Positions 1 through 13,500 are shown, numbered from the stretch's first letter. The stretch is 64,000 nt of DNA from Lingula anatina (GCA_051362555.1 CM120642.1:1240001-1304000); one strand, 5' to 3'. The notes: generated from the letters alone by a model not told the origin. Translations and numbers: made by a program.

Positions 1-2138
1 TATATGACCATACCTTAAATGAATTGTTGTCCCTATAATGCCAATATGGCAGACTTAGCGGCAGGGTCGATTTGATGAAAATGGTATATGACTTAATGTT
101 CAGCATAATGAATAAGTCGTTGTTAATGGCAACTTAATGTGAATTTTGTCTAAATGTGAAAATGATATGAATTATTTCATAATGTGTTCGAAAAATCCGA
201 ATGCAATTCCTAAATCTGAAACGTAAAATTGGACATTTTGATCGGTATTGGGGAAACGTTGTGAAATTCAAAATTAGCTTAAAGTGTCGTGTTGGACCCA
301 TATCACTTTGAAGTTTTTTGAATGTACAAGAATCTGAACGATGATCAGTATTATTGTAATATTTATTTCTGTTGGTGCCGTAGGTTTTGTGATATATATG
401 TATATATAAAGAACAATGTCAATTTATAATTATTTGCAGTCTTTTCTTTTTTAATTCTCTGAAAAGGCAAGTTTGTTCCCCCTTTTTTGCTTATGACAGG
501 AGCTAGCAAGACGCCAGCAGAAAGCCACGTTCCATGTTGTTGTGTCGTATAGACTTAAAGCAAACAATTATACCTTTCATATTCTGTCATACTCTGTCAT
601 ATTTGGATTTAAATTAGAGTACTAGCGGCTACCCAAACTCAGTGAAAAAACGCAGCTAATATTCAGTAAGTAATCAGTGCTTTCAGTATATAACTGAAAA
701 AAGAAAAAATATAAAAGTACAAATATTAGCTTATTAGATTCAAGCCAACATTACCAAGCGTCCTGCTTAGTCTTGTAGCAACTGTTCTCTGTAAGTCAAT
801 TGATAGCGTCATCAGTGCTTCTTCTCTATCCTTCTCGTTTTCTTTTTCCTTCTCGTCTCATTTTAAAAAATATTAAAATTAAAAAAAAAAAACGCTCCAA
901 AAGCCGAAAAGTAGTCACAAAACTCTCCGAAGCAAGAGCAAACCGGAACAATATGACGTTACGTCATTATGACGTCACATGTTACTTCATCCCAAAGTCT
1001 GGAGTTGGTTTGATAGTTGTGGTTTCATTTAGTTTGATAGATTCCTCTAATTCGTAAACGATGTTTCTAAGCTCATCAAGAGAGCTTTCGTCGTTCTCAT
1101 TGAATCCTGGAAACAGAAATACAAAGACAAGGAAAAAATAAACTAAGAATTCAAATTATTAAAGCTAAAGGTCATTTTTAAACAAACTAAACATTAAGGG
1201 AAATAGATGCAATGTTTTTAAATTATGCAAACTAACAGGCACCGCCCAGCACCGTTCTAACTGAAATCTTCTTAATTCCAACCCGCTGAAGATGATATTT
1301 TCTTCGCAAATTCCTGCGAAATCTCTAGATTGATAGGTCAGTGTGACCCAGAAGTATCAGCGTAAAGTTGTCCACCTCCATGAGAAAGTCTTTTTAGGAG
1401 GTTTAAAATTGTTACTAGTCAAGTCTGGGCTGGGTGCATGCCTGATTTTTTTTGGGGGAGGGGGGAATAGTTCATGCATCTAATTGTATTGTTGTTGGAA
1501 ATTTACAATCAAAATGTATTGTTTTAATGGAACAGGTGTATACAGAATAAAGAGTAACAAGTTGACGTGGTACGGTGATGATTCATTTCGTTATTGCATC
1601 AATTCCTATGCGGGTGAAGTGACGATAACAGTTGAAAAATGGGCCAAAAGCGTAGTTTATTTTTCGATGTCAGTCCTTTTTACTTTACTATCCGCTGCAT
1701 ACAAATCTTTTTATAGTGATCAGCATTAGGTAAAATATTCTCAACCATATACCAATTTTCATAGTCATTGCACTGCATCGGTATTTGGGCATTCAATTTT
1801 GCGAAATAGTCCAATAACAGCTTTATCACTGCAACTATCCATAATTCAATAAAACGAACTACTTTGGGTTCATCAGTCATTCACATGATAATAATTAATT
1901 CTGTTTGCATTAGGTACTCTTTATAATATGGGAGACTATATAATAAAACCATGTTGACAGACAGCCATACGTTATCTTTGGCGGACCCAGTTTTTTTTCC
2001 GGTGGGAGGGTGGTGCTGGACAGGGGTTTAATTATTTCGCTTCACTTAGGTTAACAATGTTATCACCCAAATTATGACATAAGGTATGTGGATGAACAAT
2101 TGTGCAATTTTATCTCTACTCGTTCGTTATACTAGTTT

Positions 2139-2191
2139 GGGGGGGGGGGGGGGGGGGGGGTTAGTTTGGAGGAGGCACGAACCCGCTGTGC

Positions 2192-2217
<26 letters not shown>
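2139..2217. repeat. G22 / C24 inverted homopolymer arms around a GGAGGCAC-9nt-GTGCCTCC hairpin (probable MITE-like relic)
   Basis: G-run 2139-2160; 8-bp inverted repeat 2171-2178 / 2188-2195; C-run 2194-2217, followed by (CAC)n. Confidence 0.6.
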
Positions 2218-2222
<5 letters not shown>

Positions 2223-3480
2223 CCCACCACCACCACCACCACCAGTGAACATCTAGAATATCACCTCAGCTTACCGTATTCCTGGGGTGGACTGGCGTGT
2301 GAACTGGGGTATAGAGAACTCAAGAAATACACATTTAGTCCCAGGAGTCCAACGACTACAAGTAAATAGAACAGTTTCCACCGGTGCCTGCCCACCATAT
2401 TGGCCATAATAATATCACTACCGAACTCCCGGATGTACCAATATCAGAGATGATTGCACTTCCTTTACGGTCTATATATTCTATATAGAAGAATGTCAAT
2501 ATATAATTGGAAAACAAACGTATCTGATCCAATTAATTCCTTCAACAATGTAGCCCGTAGCGGCTTTTACATTAGCCAAAATCGTAGATGTCGACAGTCA
2601 TTTATCCTCTGATAATTGGCTGAGAGTTGGATGTAATATATGCTTTGTCCTGCTTCGTTTCTGGAACATCTGTTGATAAGTTTAATTCAAAAAGGTCATA
2701 GTTCGTAACAGGTGCAAGATGCCAGCAAATACCCGTTTCGTATTGATATCCACTTGTTCAAAGTTTATGTAAATGTGACCCATGCACAGTTTTTGCCATT
2801 TTACCTAGCATGTATATTTAGAATGTGTCTGTCACGTAAGCTGCACAAGTCAAACGGTCTCAATAGACTTTGCACTTGCTGTTATATGCATTAGACGCAC
2901 ATTGTAGCTTATAATCTCCAAACCAGCTTTAACTTCGACAACAGACTTTTCTAAATAATTTACAAGCGTGCATATTAAATGCGCCTGGAAGTTAATATTT
3001 TGTCATTATGATGTGTTCAGACCGGGTTTGACAAACACCGTTTTAGTTGTTATTCCAGGATGACGGTTGTTTGAACACACTGTCCTCTCCTGCCAAGTAT
3101 TACATGTAAATAGTATACAGACAGATAGTAACCAAGCGTCTTTTTTCATGAGTAAAGTTTGCATCACGGGTCTGAACGGTAAAACAGCGAGGATTGGAAT
3201 CAGACGGATATCTCGTTTTAATGCAGCTAAAAGCTTTTATTAAAACGGCCCTGAGTGCGACTTTAATGAACAATAAAACAGCCTGTATTGGCGTCCTTTA
3301 ATGCCATCCTTTATTTCTTGATTGCCAGTTACTTTGCATAATTAAGCCCAATCACAGAACAAAGTATGTATTTTCACTCGCCAAGTTTAGTTACTACTGT
3401 TTTAAGGAACGGGTTTTTAAATCACACGCTGGACACTACCATCGCGTACACTTCTTCAGACTAATAATTATTGTCACTGA

Positions 3481-3521
3481 TGTCACGTGACAGAGGACAA
3501 TGGAGTATCTGTCACGTGACA
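3481..3521. promoter_or_regulatory. Two perfect 12-bp palindromes TGTCACGTGACA (E-box, CLEAR/USF-type motif)
   Basis: Identical palindromes at 3481-3492 and 3510-3521; CCAAT near 3348. Regulatory role is inferred only. Confidence 0.35.
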
Positions 3522-4288
3522 ACAGGGACAACAAGTTCAGTTCAAGAGATCTTTGGAAGAGGTAACCATCCGTGTATTCGTGTCCAATATGCATTTTGAA
3601 TTTGAGTTCCTCAAATTTAAAGAACGTTTGTACAGTTCAGTGTGATATATGCCAAATGTCTTCATTCTGGGCCACATCTGACTGCTATACAGCACTTCAC
3701 AACTGTCTACAGGCACTAAGACCTAGCCCAACCCCCACCTCCACCCCCTCCCCAGCCCCACCCCAGCCCCCGCGGAACAATCCAGCGTGACAGACAGTTT
3801 TTATACCATCAGTATTGAGCAGTCTTTACTCTTTCCTATGTCGACTGCGGACTTGCCCCGGGTACTTTATGAACATATGAACAGTCTTGAGAACCAAGGG
3901 CCCAAGATAGGAAAGGAGGGGCATAAAAAGACAACCTGTGCCTGATAAAAGGAGTAGAGGTGACGCGACTTTTGTAAAAAATCAAAAGTTTTCTCTCTGC
4001 TAATCCCCCCCCCCCCCCAAAAAAAAAAAAAAAAAAAAAAAAGATAGCACATGTTGATGAAATGAAAACCATACGGAGTTAGTTATAGCTCAATTTTTAA
4101 GTTCAAGATTTGTGGCACCAATATAAGGACTTTTAACTGAAGAGAAGGGAAATAAAATTGTCGACGCAGATGTAAACTTTCTAAAGTATACCGTTTTATT
4201 ATGCAAAAGGTAATTTGCTAGGTCCCACTCGTTTTCGTCTGGTGACATCCAGATTCAGGGGCCATGTCGTTGTCGTGATGGACTGACG

Positions 4289-4392
4289 TGCCTCATCCGG
4301 GACTCGAACCCGTGACTTTGCGTTACCAAGGTTGATGACGCTTTGGATGTCTCATTTGCATCCATGCACGCTACCGACTGCTCCGTGGCCGC
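4289..4392 (-). ncRNA. tRNA-like cassette A (Pol III type; tRNA pseudogene or SINE-head-like), one per array unit
   Basis: Minus strand: D-arm/A-box-like GAGCAGTCGGTAGCG, internal hairpin TGGATG..CATCCA, T-arm CGGG-TTCGAGT-CCCG with perfect B box, 3' ATGAGGCA. Acceptor stem does not pair. TATAA at 4428-4424. Other copies start at 5682, 7098, 8494, 9900, 11314, 12717, 14117, 15514, 16921, 18313, 19675, 21055. Confidence 0.6.
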
Positions 4393-4481
4393 CCTCCCAC
4401 CCTCCGTACTTGCGAGTTTCCTCTTATAGTAATCAATCGCAATTTTTAAAATTTAATTCTGGCAAAAAACATGGACACAGC

Positions 4482-4558
4482 AACTGCCGTGACTCGAACC
4501 GGAGACACAGTGTCTGCCTTCATGCAAGACAGCAGAGTTACCACGCAGCCACGACAGC
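4482..4558 (-). ncRNA. tRNA-like cassette B (tRNA-Ser-like 5' end, long variable arm, defective T-stem), one per array unit
   Basis: Minus strand GCTGTCGTGGCTGCGTGGTAA..CTGTCTT-GCATG-AAGGCAG..GACACTGTGTC..GGTTCGAGTCACGGCAGT. Has A box, B box, GCTGTCG/CGGCAGT acceptor pairing and a T6 terminator ~13 nt downstream (4469-4464). Other copies start at 5875, 7291, 8687, 10093, 11507, 12910, 14310, 15707, 17114, 18506, 19868, 21248. Confidence 0.6.
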
Positions 4559-7500
4559 TCCGTTGATACGATGTGATCGGATGGAAACTTTCAACGTCGT
4601 CACGGAGAGCGCCAGATTGGGTGTACATGTGTAGACCTGCTGTCGCAATCGATAATCCGGGTGCCGCATTTCAGCCCACGCAACCCCAGTCCCCGACATG
4701 AACGGTTAAGTTCGTGATGTACCCGAAGTCGTCTTTGACTACCCGACTCGGAGCTCGGAGTTTGTTCTAAACTAACATTGATTTTGGCTTTACCCATGAT
4801 ATTAAAGAGTACAGTGGGATCAGAGGCGCTGCACAACAGGCGGGGTTTACTTTTAGCGAGACCATAAGAGGAGAGAATAAAAAAATACAAAACATTCAAG
4901 TCTTTAATTACTGGTTCGATTGCAGCCATGGGAATTTTGAGTAAAACATATTTGGCAAATAATTCCGCCGAGGAGATGTCGTTTTTCTACCGAACACGGT
5001 TAACAGGTGGTATGACGTGCTGTTATACGGCCCGGAAAAGCTACAGAATCAAAACAAGTTGATCGTATTTATTGATAGGCCTGTTCTGTACGTTCCTGGT
5101 GAGATGAATTCGGATGCTTTTATTTCCATTTGGTTTTGCATTGAGATAACGTTTGGTTTCACCTTTGACGTTGTAGAGCACGATGTCGTCCACAGCCGTT
5201 CACACCTCGGCGGTTTTAGTATTGAGCAGTCTTTACTCTTTCCTATGTCGACTGCGGACTTGCCCCGGGTACTTTATGAACATATGAACAGTCTTGAGAA
5301 CCAAGGGCCCAAGATAGGAAAGGAGGGGCATAAAAAGACAACCTGTGCCTGATAAAAGGAGTAGAGGTGACGCGACTTTTGTAAAAAATCAAAAGTTTTC
5401 TGTCTGCTAATCCCCCCCCCCAAAAAAAAAAAAAAGATAGCACATGTTGATGAAATGAAAACCATACGGAGTTAGTTATAGCTCAATTTTTAAGTTCAAG
5501 ATTTGTGGCACCAATATAAGGACTTTTAACTGAAGAGAAGGGAAATAAAATTGTCGACGCAGATGTAAACTTTCTAAAGTATACCGTTTTATTATGCAAA
5601 AGGTAATTTGCTAGGTCCCACTCGTTTTCGTCTGGTGACATCCAGATTCAGGGGCCATGTCGTTGTCGTGATGGACTGACGTGCCTCATCCGGGACTCGA
5701 ACCCGTGACTTTGCGTTACCAAGGTTGATGACGCTTTGGATGTCTCATTTGCATCCATGCACGCTACCGACTGCTCCGTGGCCGCCCTCCCACCCTCCGT
5801 ACTTGCGAGTTTCCTCTTATAGTAATCAATCGCAATTTTTAAAATTTAATTCTGGCAAAAAACATGGACACAGCAACTGCCGTGACTCGAACCGGAGACA
5901 CAGTGTCTGCCTTCATGCAAGACAGCAGAGTTACCACGCAGCCACGACAGCTCCGTTGATACGATGTGATCGGATGGAAACTTTCAACGTCGTCACGGAG
6001 AGCGCCAGATTGGGTGTACATGTGTAGACCTGCTGTCGCAATCGATAATCCGGGTGCCGCATTTCAGCCCACGCAACCCCAGTCCCCGACATGAACGGTT
6101 AAGTTCGTGATGTACCCGAAGTCGTCTTTGACTACCCGACTCGGAGCTCGGAGTTTGTTCTAAACTAACATTGATTTTGGCTTTACCCATGATATTAAAG
6201 AGTACAGTGGGATCAGAGGCGCTGCACAACAGGCGGGGTTTACTTTTAGCGAGACCATAAGAGGAGAGAATAAAAAAAATACAAAACATTCAAGTCTTTA
6301 ATTACTGGTTCGATTGCAGCCATGGGAATTTTGAGTAAAACATATTTGGCAAATAATTCCGCCGAGGAGATGTCGTTTTTCTACCGAACACGGTTAACAG
6401 GTGGTATGACGTGCTGTTATACGGCCCGGAAAAGCTACAGAATCAAAACAAGTTGATCGTATTTATTGATAGGCCTGCTCTGTACGTTCCTGGTGAGATG
6501 AATTCGGATGCTTTTATTTCCATTTGGTTTTGCATTGAGATAACGTTTGGTTTCACCTTTGACGTTGTAGAGCACGATGACGTCCACAGCCGTTCACACC
6601 TCGGCGGTTTTAGTATTGAGCAGTCTTTACTCTTTCCTATGTCGACTGCGGACTTGCCCCGGGTACTTTATGAACATATGAACAGTCTTGAGAACCAAGG
6701 GCCCAAGATAGGAAAGGAGGGGCATAAAAAGACAACCTGTGCCTGATAAAAGGAGTAGAGGTGACGCGACTTTTGTAAAAAATCAAAAGTTTTCTGTCTG
6801 CTAATCCCCCCCCCCCCCCAAAAAAAAAAAAAAAAAAAAGATAGCACATGTTGATGAAATGAAAACCATACGGAGTTAGTTATAGCTCAATTTTTAAGTT
6901 CAAGATTTGTGGCACCAATATAAGGACTTTTAACTGAAGAGAAGGGAAATAAAATTGTCGACGCAGATGTAAACTTTCTAAAGTATACCGTTTTATTATG
7001 CAAAAGGTAATTTGCTAGGTCCCACGAGCGCCCTCATTCGTTTTCGTCTGGTGACATCCAGATTCAGGGGCCATGTCGTTGTCGTGATGGACTGACGTGC
7101 CTCATCCGGGACTCGAACCCGTGACTTTGCGTTACCAAGGTTGATGACGCTTTGGATGTCTCATTTGCATCCATGCACGCTACCGACTGCTCCGTGGCCG
7201 CCCTCCCACCCTCCGTACTTGCGAGTTTCCTCTTATAGTAATCAATCGCAATTTTTAAAATTTAATTCTGGCAAAAAATATGGACACAGCAACTGCTGTG
7301 ACTCGAACCGGAGACACAGTGTCTGCCTTCATGCAAGACAGCAGAGTTACCACGCAGCCACGACAGCTCCGTTGATACGATGTGATCGGATGGAAACTTT
7401 CAACGTCGTCACGGAGAGCGCCAGATTGGGTGTACATGTGTAGACCTGCTGTCGCAATCGATAATCCGGGTGCCGCATTTCAGCCCACGCAACCCCAGTC

Positions 7501-10500
7501 CCCGACATGAACGGTTAGGTTCGTGATGTACCCGAAGTCGTCTTTGACTACCCGACTCGGAGCTCGGAGTTTGTTCTAAACTAACATTGATTTTGGCTTT
7601 ACCCATGATATTAAAGAGTACAGTGGGATCAGAGGCGCTGCACAACAGGCGGGGTTTACTTTTAGCGAGACCATAAGAGGAGAGAATAAAAAAATACAAA
7701 ACATTCAAGTCTTTAATTACTGGTTCGATTGCAGCCATGGGAATTTTGAGTAAAACATATTTGACAAATAATTCCGCCGAGGAGATGTCGTTTTTCTACC
7801 GAACACGGTTAACAGGTGGTATGACGTGCTGTTATACGGCCCGGAAAAGCTACAGAATCAAAACAAGTTGATCGTATTTATTGATAGGCCTGCTCTGTAC
7901 GTTCCTGGTGAGATGAATTCGGATGCTTTTATTTCCATTTGGTTTTGCATTGAGATAACGTTTGGTTTCACCTTTGACGTTGTAGAGCACGATGTCGTCC
8001 ACAGCCGTTCACACCTCGGCGGTTTTAGTATTGAGCAGTCTTTACTCTTTCCTATGTCGACTGCGGACTTGCCCCGGGTACTTTATGAACATATGAACAG
8101 TCTTGAGAACCAAGGGCCCAAGATAGGAAAGGAGGGGCATAAAAAGACAACCTGTGCCTGATAAAAGGAGTAGAGGTGACGCGACTTTTGTAAAAAATCA
8201 AAAGTTTTCTCTTTGCTAATCCCCCCCCCCCCCAAAAAAAAAAAAAAAAGATAGCACATGTTGATGAAATGAAAACCATACGGAGTTAGTTATAGCTCAA
8301 TTTTTAAGTTCAAGATTTGTGGCACCAATATAAGGACTTTTAACTGAAGAGAAGGTAAATAAAATTGTCGACGCAGATGTAAACTTTGTAGTATACCGTT
8401 TTATTATGCAAAAGGTAATTTGCTAGGTCCCACTCGTTTTCGTCTGGTGACATCCAGATTCAGGGGCCATGTCGTTGTCGTGATGGACTGACGTGCCTCA
8501 TCCGGGACTCGAACCCGTGACTTTGCGTTACCAAGGTTGATGACGCTATGGATGTCTCATTTGCATCCATGCACGCTACCGACTGCTCCGTGGCCGCCCT
8601 CCCACCCTCCGTACTTGCGAGTTTCCTCTTATAGTAATCAATCGCAATTTTTAAAATTTAATTCTGGCAAAAAATATGGACACAGCAACTGCCGTGACTC
8701 GAACCGGAGACACAGTGTCTGCCTTCATGCAAGACAGCAGAGTTACCACGCAGCCACGACAGCTCCGTTGATACGATGTGATCGGATGGAAACTTTCAAC
8801 GTCGTCACGGAGAGCGCCAGATTGGGTGTACATGTGTAGACCTGCTGTCGCAATCGATAATCCGGGTGCCGCATTTCAGCCCACGCAACCCCAGTCCCCG
8901 ACATGAACGGTTAAGTTCGTGATGTACCCGAAGTCGTCTTTGACTACCCGACTCGGAGCTCGGAGTTTGTTCTAAACTAACATTGATTTTGGCTTTACCC
9001 ATGATATTAAAGAGTACAGTGGGATCAGAGGCGCTGCACAACAGGCGGGGTTTACTTTTAGCGAGACCATAAGAGGAGAGAATAAAAAAATACATAACAT
9101 TCAAGTCTTTAATTACTGGTTCGATTGCAGCCATGGGAATTTTGAGTAAAACATATTTGGCAAATAATTCCGCCGAGGAGATGTCGTTTTTCTACCGAAC
9201 ACGGTTAACAGGTGGTATGACGTGCTGTTATACGGCCCGGAAAAGCTACAGAATCAAAACAAGTTGATCGTATTTATTGATAGGCCTGCTCTGTACGTTC
9301 CTGGTGAGATGAATTCGGATGCTTTTATTTCCATTTGGTTTTGCATTGAGATAACGTTTGGTTTCACCTTTGACGTTGTAGAGCACGATGACGTCCACAG
9401 CCGTTCACACCTCGGCGGTTTTAGTATTGAGCAGTCTTTACTCTTTCCTATGTCGACTGCGGACTTGCCCCGGGTACTTTATGAACATATGAACAGTCTT
9501 GAGAACCAAGGGCCCAAGATAGGAAAGGAGGGGCATAAAAAGACAACCTGTGCCTGATAAAAGGAGTAGAGGTGACGCGACTTTTGTAAAAAATCAAAAG
9601 TTTTCTGTCTGCTAATCCCCCCCCCCCAAAAAAAAAAAAAAGATAGCACATGTTGATGAAATGAAAACCATACGGAGTTAGTTATAGCTCAATTTTTAAG
9701 TTCAAGATTTGTGGCACCAATATAAGGACTTTTAACTGAAGAGAAGGGAAATAAAATTGTCGACGCAGATGTAAACTTTCTAAAGTATACCGTTTTATTA
9801 TGCAAAAGGTAATTTGCTAGGTCCCACGAGCGCCCTCATTCGTTTTCGTCTGGTGACATCCAGATTCAGGGGCCATGTCGTTGTCGTGATGGACTGACGT
9901 GCCTCATCCGGGACTCGAACCCGTGACTTTGCGTTACCAAGGTTGATGACGCTTTGGATGTCTCATTTGCATCCATGCACGCTACCGACTGCTCCGTGGC
10001 CGCCCTCCCACCCTCCGTACTTGCGAGTTTCCTCTTATAGTAATCAATCGCAATTTTTAAAATTTAATTCTGGCAAAAAATATGGACACAGCAACTGCTG
10101 TGACTCGAACCGGAGACACAGTGTCTGCCTTCATGCAAGACAGCAGAGTTACCACGCAGCCACGACAGCTCCGTTGATACGATGTGATCGGATGGAAACT
10201 TTCAACGTCGTCACGGAGAGCGCCAGATTGGGTGTACATGTGTAGACCTGCTGTCGCAATCGATAATCCGGGTGCCGCATTTCAGCCCACGCAACCCCAG
10301 TCCCCGACATGAACGGTTAGGTTCGTGATGTACCCGAAGTCGTCTTTGACTACCCGACTCGGAGCTCGGAGTTTGTTCTAAACTAACATTGATTTTGGCT
10401 TTACCCATGATATTAAAGAGTACAGTGGGATCAGAGGCGCTGCACAACAGGCGGGGTTTACTTTTAGCGAGACCATAAGAGGAGAGAATAAAAAAATACA

Positions 10501-13500
10501 AAACATTCAAGTCTTTAATTACTGGTTCGATTGCAGCCATGGGAATTTTGAGTAAAACATATTTGGCAAATAATTCCGCCGAGGAGATGTCGTTTTTCTA
10601 CCGAACACGGTTAACAGGTGGTATGACGTGCTGTTATACGGCCCGGAAAAGCTACAGAATCAAAACAAGTTGATCGTATTTATTGATAGGCCTGCTCTGT
10701 ACGTTCCTGGTGAGATGAATTCGGATGCTTTTATTTCCATTTGGTTTTGCATTGAGATAACGTTTGGTTTCACCTTTGACGTTGTAGAGCACGATGACGT
10801 CCACAGCCGTTCACACCTCGGCGGTTTTAGTATTGAGCAGTCTTTACTCTTTCCTATGTCGACTGCGGACTTGCCCCGGGTACTTTATGAACATATGAAC
10901 AGTCTTGAGAACCAAGGGCCCAAGATAGGAAAGGAGGGGCATAAAAAGACAACCTGTGCCTGATAAAAGGAGTAGAGGTGACGCGACTTTTGTAAAAAAT
11001 CAAAAGTTTTCTCTCTGCTAATCCCCCCCCCCCCCAAAAAAAAAAAAAAAAAAAAGATAGCACATGTTGATGAAATTAAAACCATACGGAGTTAGTAATA
11101 GCTCAATTTTTAAGTTCAAGATTTGTGGCACCAATATAAGGACTTTTAACTGAAGAGAAGGGAAATAAAATTGTCGACGCAGATGTAAACTTTCTAAAGT
11201 ATACCGTTTTATTATGCAAAAGGTAATTTGCTAGGTCCCACGAGCGCCCTCATTCGTTTTCGTCTGGTGACATCCAGATTCAGGGGCCATGTCGTTGTCG
11301 TGATGGACTGACGTGCCTCATCCGGGACTCGAACCCGTGACTTTGCGTTACCAAGGTTGATGACGCTTTGGATGTCTCATTTGCATCCATGCACGCTACC
11401 GACTGCTCCGTGGCCGCCCTCCCACCCTCCGTACTTGCGAGTTTCCTCTTATAGTAATCAATCGCAATTTTTAAAATTTAATTCTGGCAAAAAATATGGA
11501 CACAGCAACTGCTGTGACTCGAACCGGAGACACAGTGTCTGCCTTCATGCAAGACAGCAGAGTTACCACGCAGCCACGACAGCTCCGTTGATACGATGTG
11601 ATCGGATGGAAACTTTCAACGTCGTCACGGAGAGCGCCAGATTGGGTGTACATGTGTAGACCTGCTGTCGCAATCGATAATCCGGGTGCCGCATTTCAGC
11701 CCACGCAACCCCAGTCCCCGACATGAACGGTTAGGTTCGTGATGTACCCGAAGTCGTCTTTGACTACCCGACTCGGAGCTCGGAGTTTGTTCTAAACTAA
11801 CATTGATTTTGGCTTTACCCATGATATTAAAGAGTACAGTGGGATCAGAGGCGCTGCACAACAGGCGGGGTTTACTTTTAGCGAGACCATAAGAGGAGAG
11901 AATAAAAAAATACAAAACATTCAAGTCTTTAATTACTGGTTCGATTGCAGCCATGGGAATTTTGAGTAAAACATATTTGGCAAATAATTCCGCCGAGGAG
12001 ATGTCGTTTTTCTACCGAACACGGTTAACAGGTGGTATGACGTGCTGTTATACGGCCCGGAAAAGCTACAGAATCAAAACAAGTTGATCGTATTTATTGA
12101 TAGGCCTGCTCTGTACGTTCCTGGTGAGATGAATTCGGATGCTTTTATTTCCATTTGGTTTTGCATTGAGATAACGTTTGGTTTCACCTTTGACGTTGTA
12201 GAGCACGATGACGTCCACAGCCGTTCACACCTCGGCGGTTTTAGTATTGAGCAGTCTTTACTCTTTCCTATGTCGACTGCGGACTTGCCCCGGGTACTTT
12301 ATGAACATATGAACAGTCTTGAGAACCAAGGGCCCAAGATAGGAAAGGAGGGGCATAAAAAGACAACCTGTGCCTGATAAAAGGAGTAGAGGTGACGCGA
12401 CTTTTGTAAAAAATCAAAAGTTTTCTCTCTGCTAATCCCCCCCCCCCCCCCAAAAAAAAAAAAAAAAAAAGATAGCACATGTTGATGAAATGAAAACCAT
12501 ACGGAGTTAGTTATAGCTCAATTTTTAAGTTCAAGATTTGTGGCACCAATATAAGGACTTTTAACTGAAGAGAAGGGAAATAAAATTGTCGACGCAGATG
12601 TAAACTTTCTAAAGTATACCGTTTTATTATGCAAAAGGTAATTTGCTAGGTCCCACTCGTTTTCGTCTGGTGACATCCAGATTCAGGGGCCATGTCGTTG
12701 TCGTGATGGACTGACGTGCCTCATCCGGGACTCGAACCCGTGACTTTGCGTTACCAAGGTTGATGACGCTTTGGATGTCTCATTTGCATCCATGCACGCT
12801 ACCGACTGCTCCGTGGCCGCCCTCCCACCCTCCGTACTTGCGAGTTTCCTCTTATAGTAATCAATCGCAATTTTTAAAATTTAATTCTGGCAAAAAATAT
12901 GGACACAGCAACTGCTGTGACTCGAACCGGAGACACAGTGTCTGCCTTCATGCAAGACAGCAGAGTTACCACGCAGCCACGACAGCTCCGTTGATACGAT
13001 GTGATCGGATGGAAACTTTCAACGTCGTCACGGAGAGCGCCAGATTGGGTGTACATGTGTAGACCTGCTGTCGCAATCGATAATCCGGGTGCCGCATTTC
13101 AGCCCACGCAACCCCAGTCCCCGACATGAACGGTTAGGTTCGTGATGTACCCGAAGTCGTCTTTGACTACCCGACTCGGAGCTCGGAGTTTGTTCTAAAC
13201 TAACATTGATTTTGGCTTTACCCATGATATTAAAGAGTACAGTGGGATCAGAGGCGCTGCACAACAGGCGGGGTTTACTTTTAGCGAGACCATAAGAGGA
13301 GAGAATAAAAAAATACAAAACATTCAAGTCTTTAATTACTGGTTCGATTGCAGCCATGGGAATTTTGAGTAAAACATATTTGGCAAATAATTCCGCCGAG
13401 GAGATGTCGTTTTTCTACCGAACACGGTTAACAGGTGGTATGACGTGCTGTTATACGGCCCGGAAAAGCTACAGAATCAAAACAAGTTGATCGTATTTAT

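Noticed and set aside
4052-4142. C/D box snoRNA (TGATGA..CTGA)
   Set aside because: The C box lacks its leading purine, there is no terminal stem, and no target was recognised.
4130-4170. Hammerhead ribozyme (CTGAAGA..GAAA..GTC)
   Set aside because: No stem I or stem II pairing, and GAAA is mutated in units 4 and 9.
4289-4558. Functional canonical tRNA genes
   Set aside because: Cassette A lacks a pairing acceptor stem, cassette B lacks the 3' strand of the T-stem, and neither has an unambiguous anticodon.
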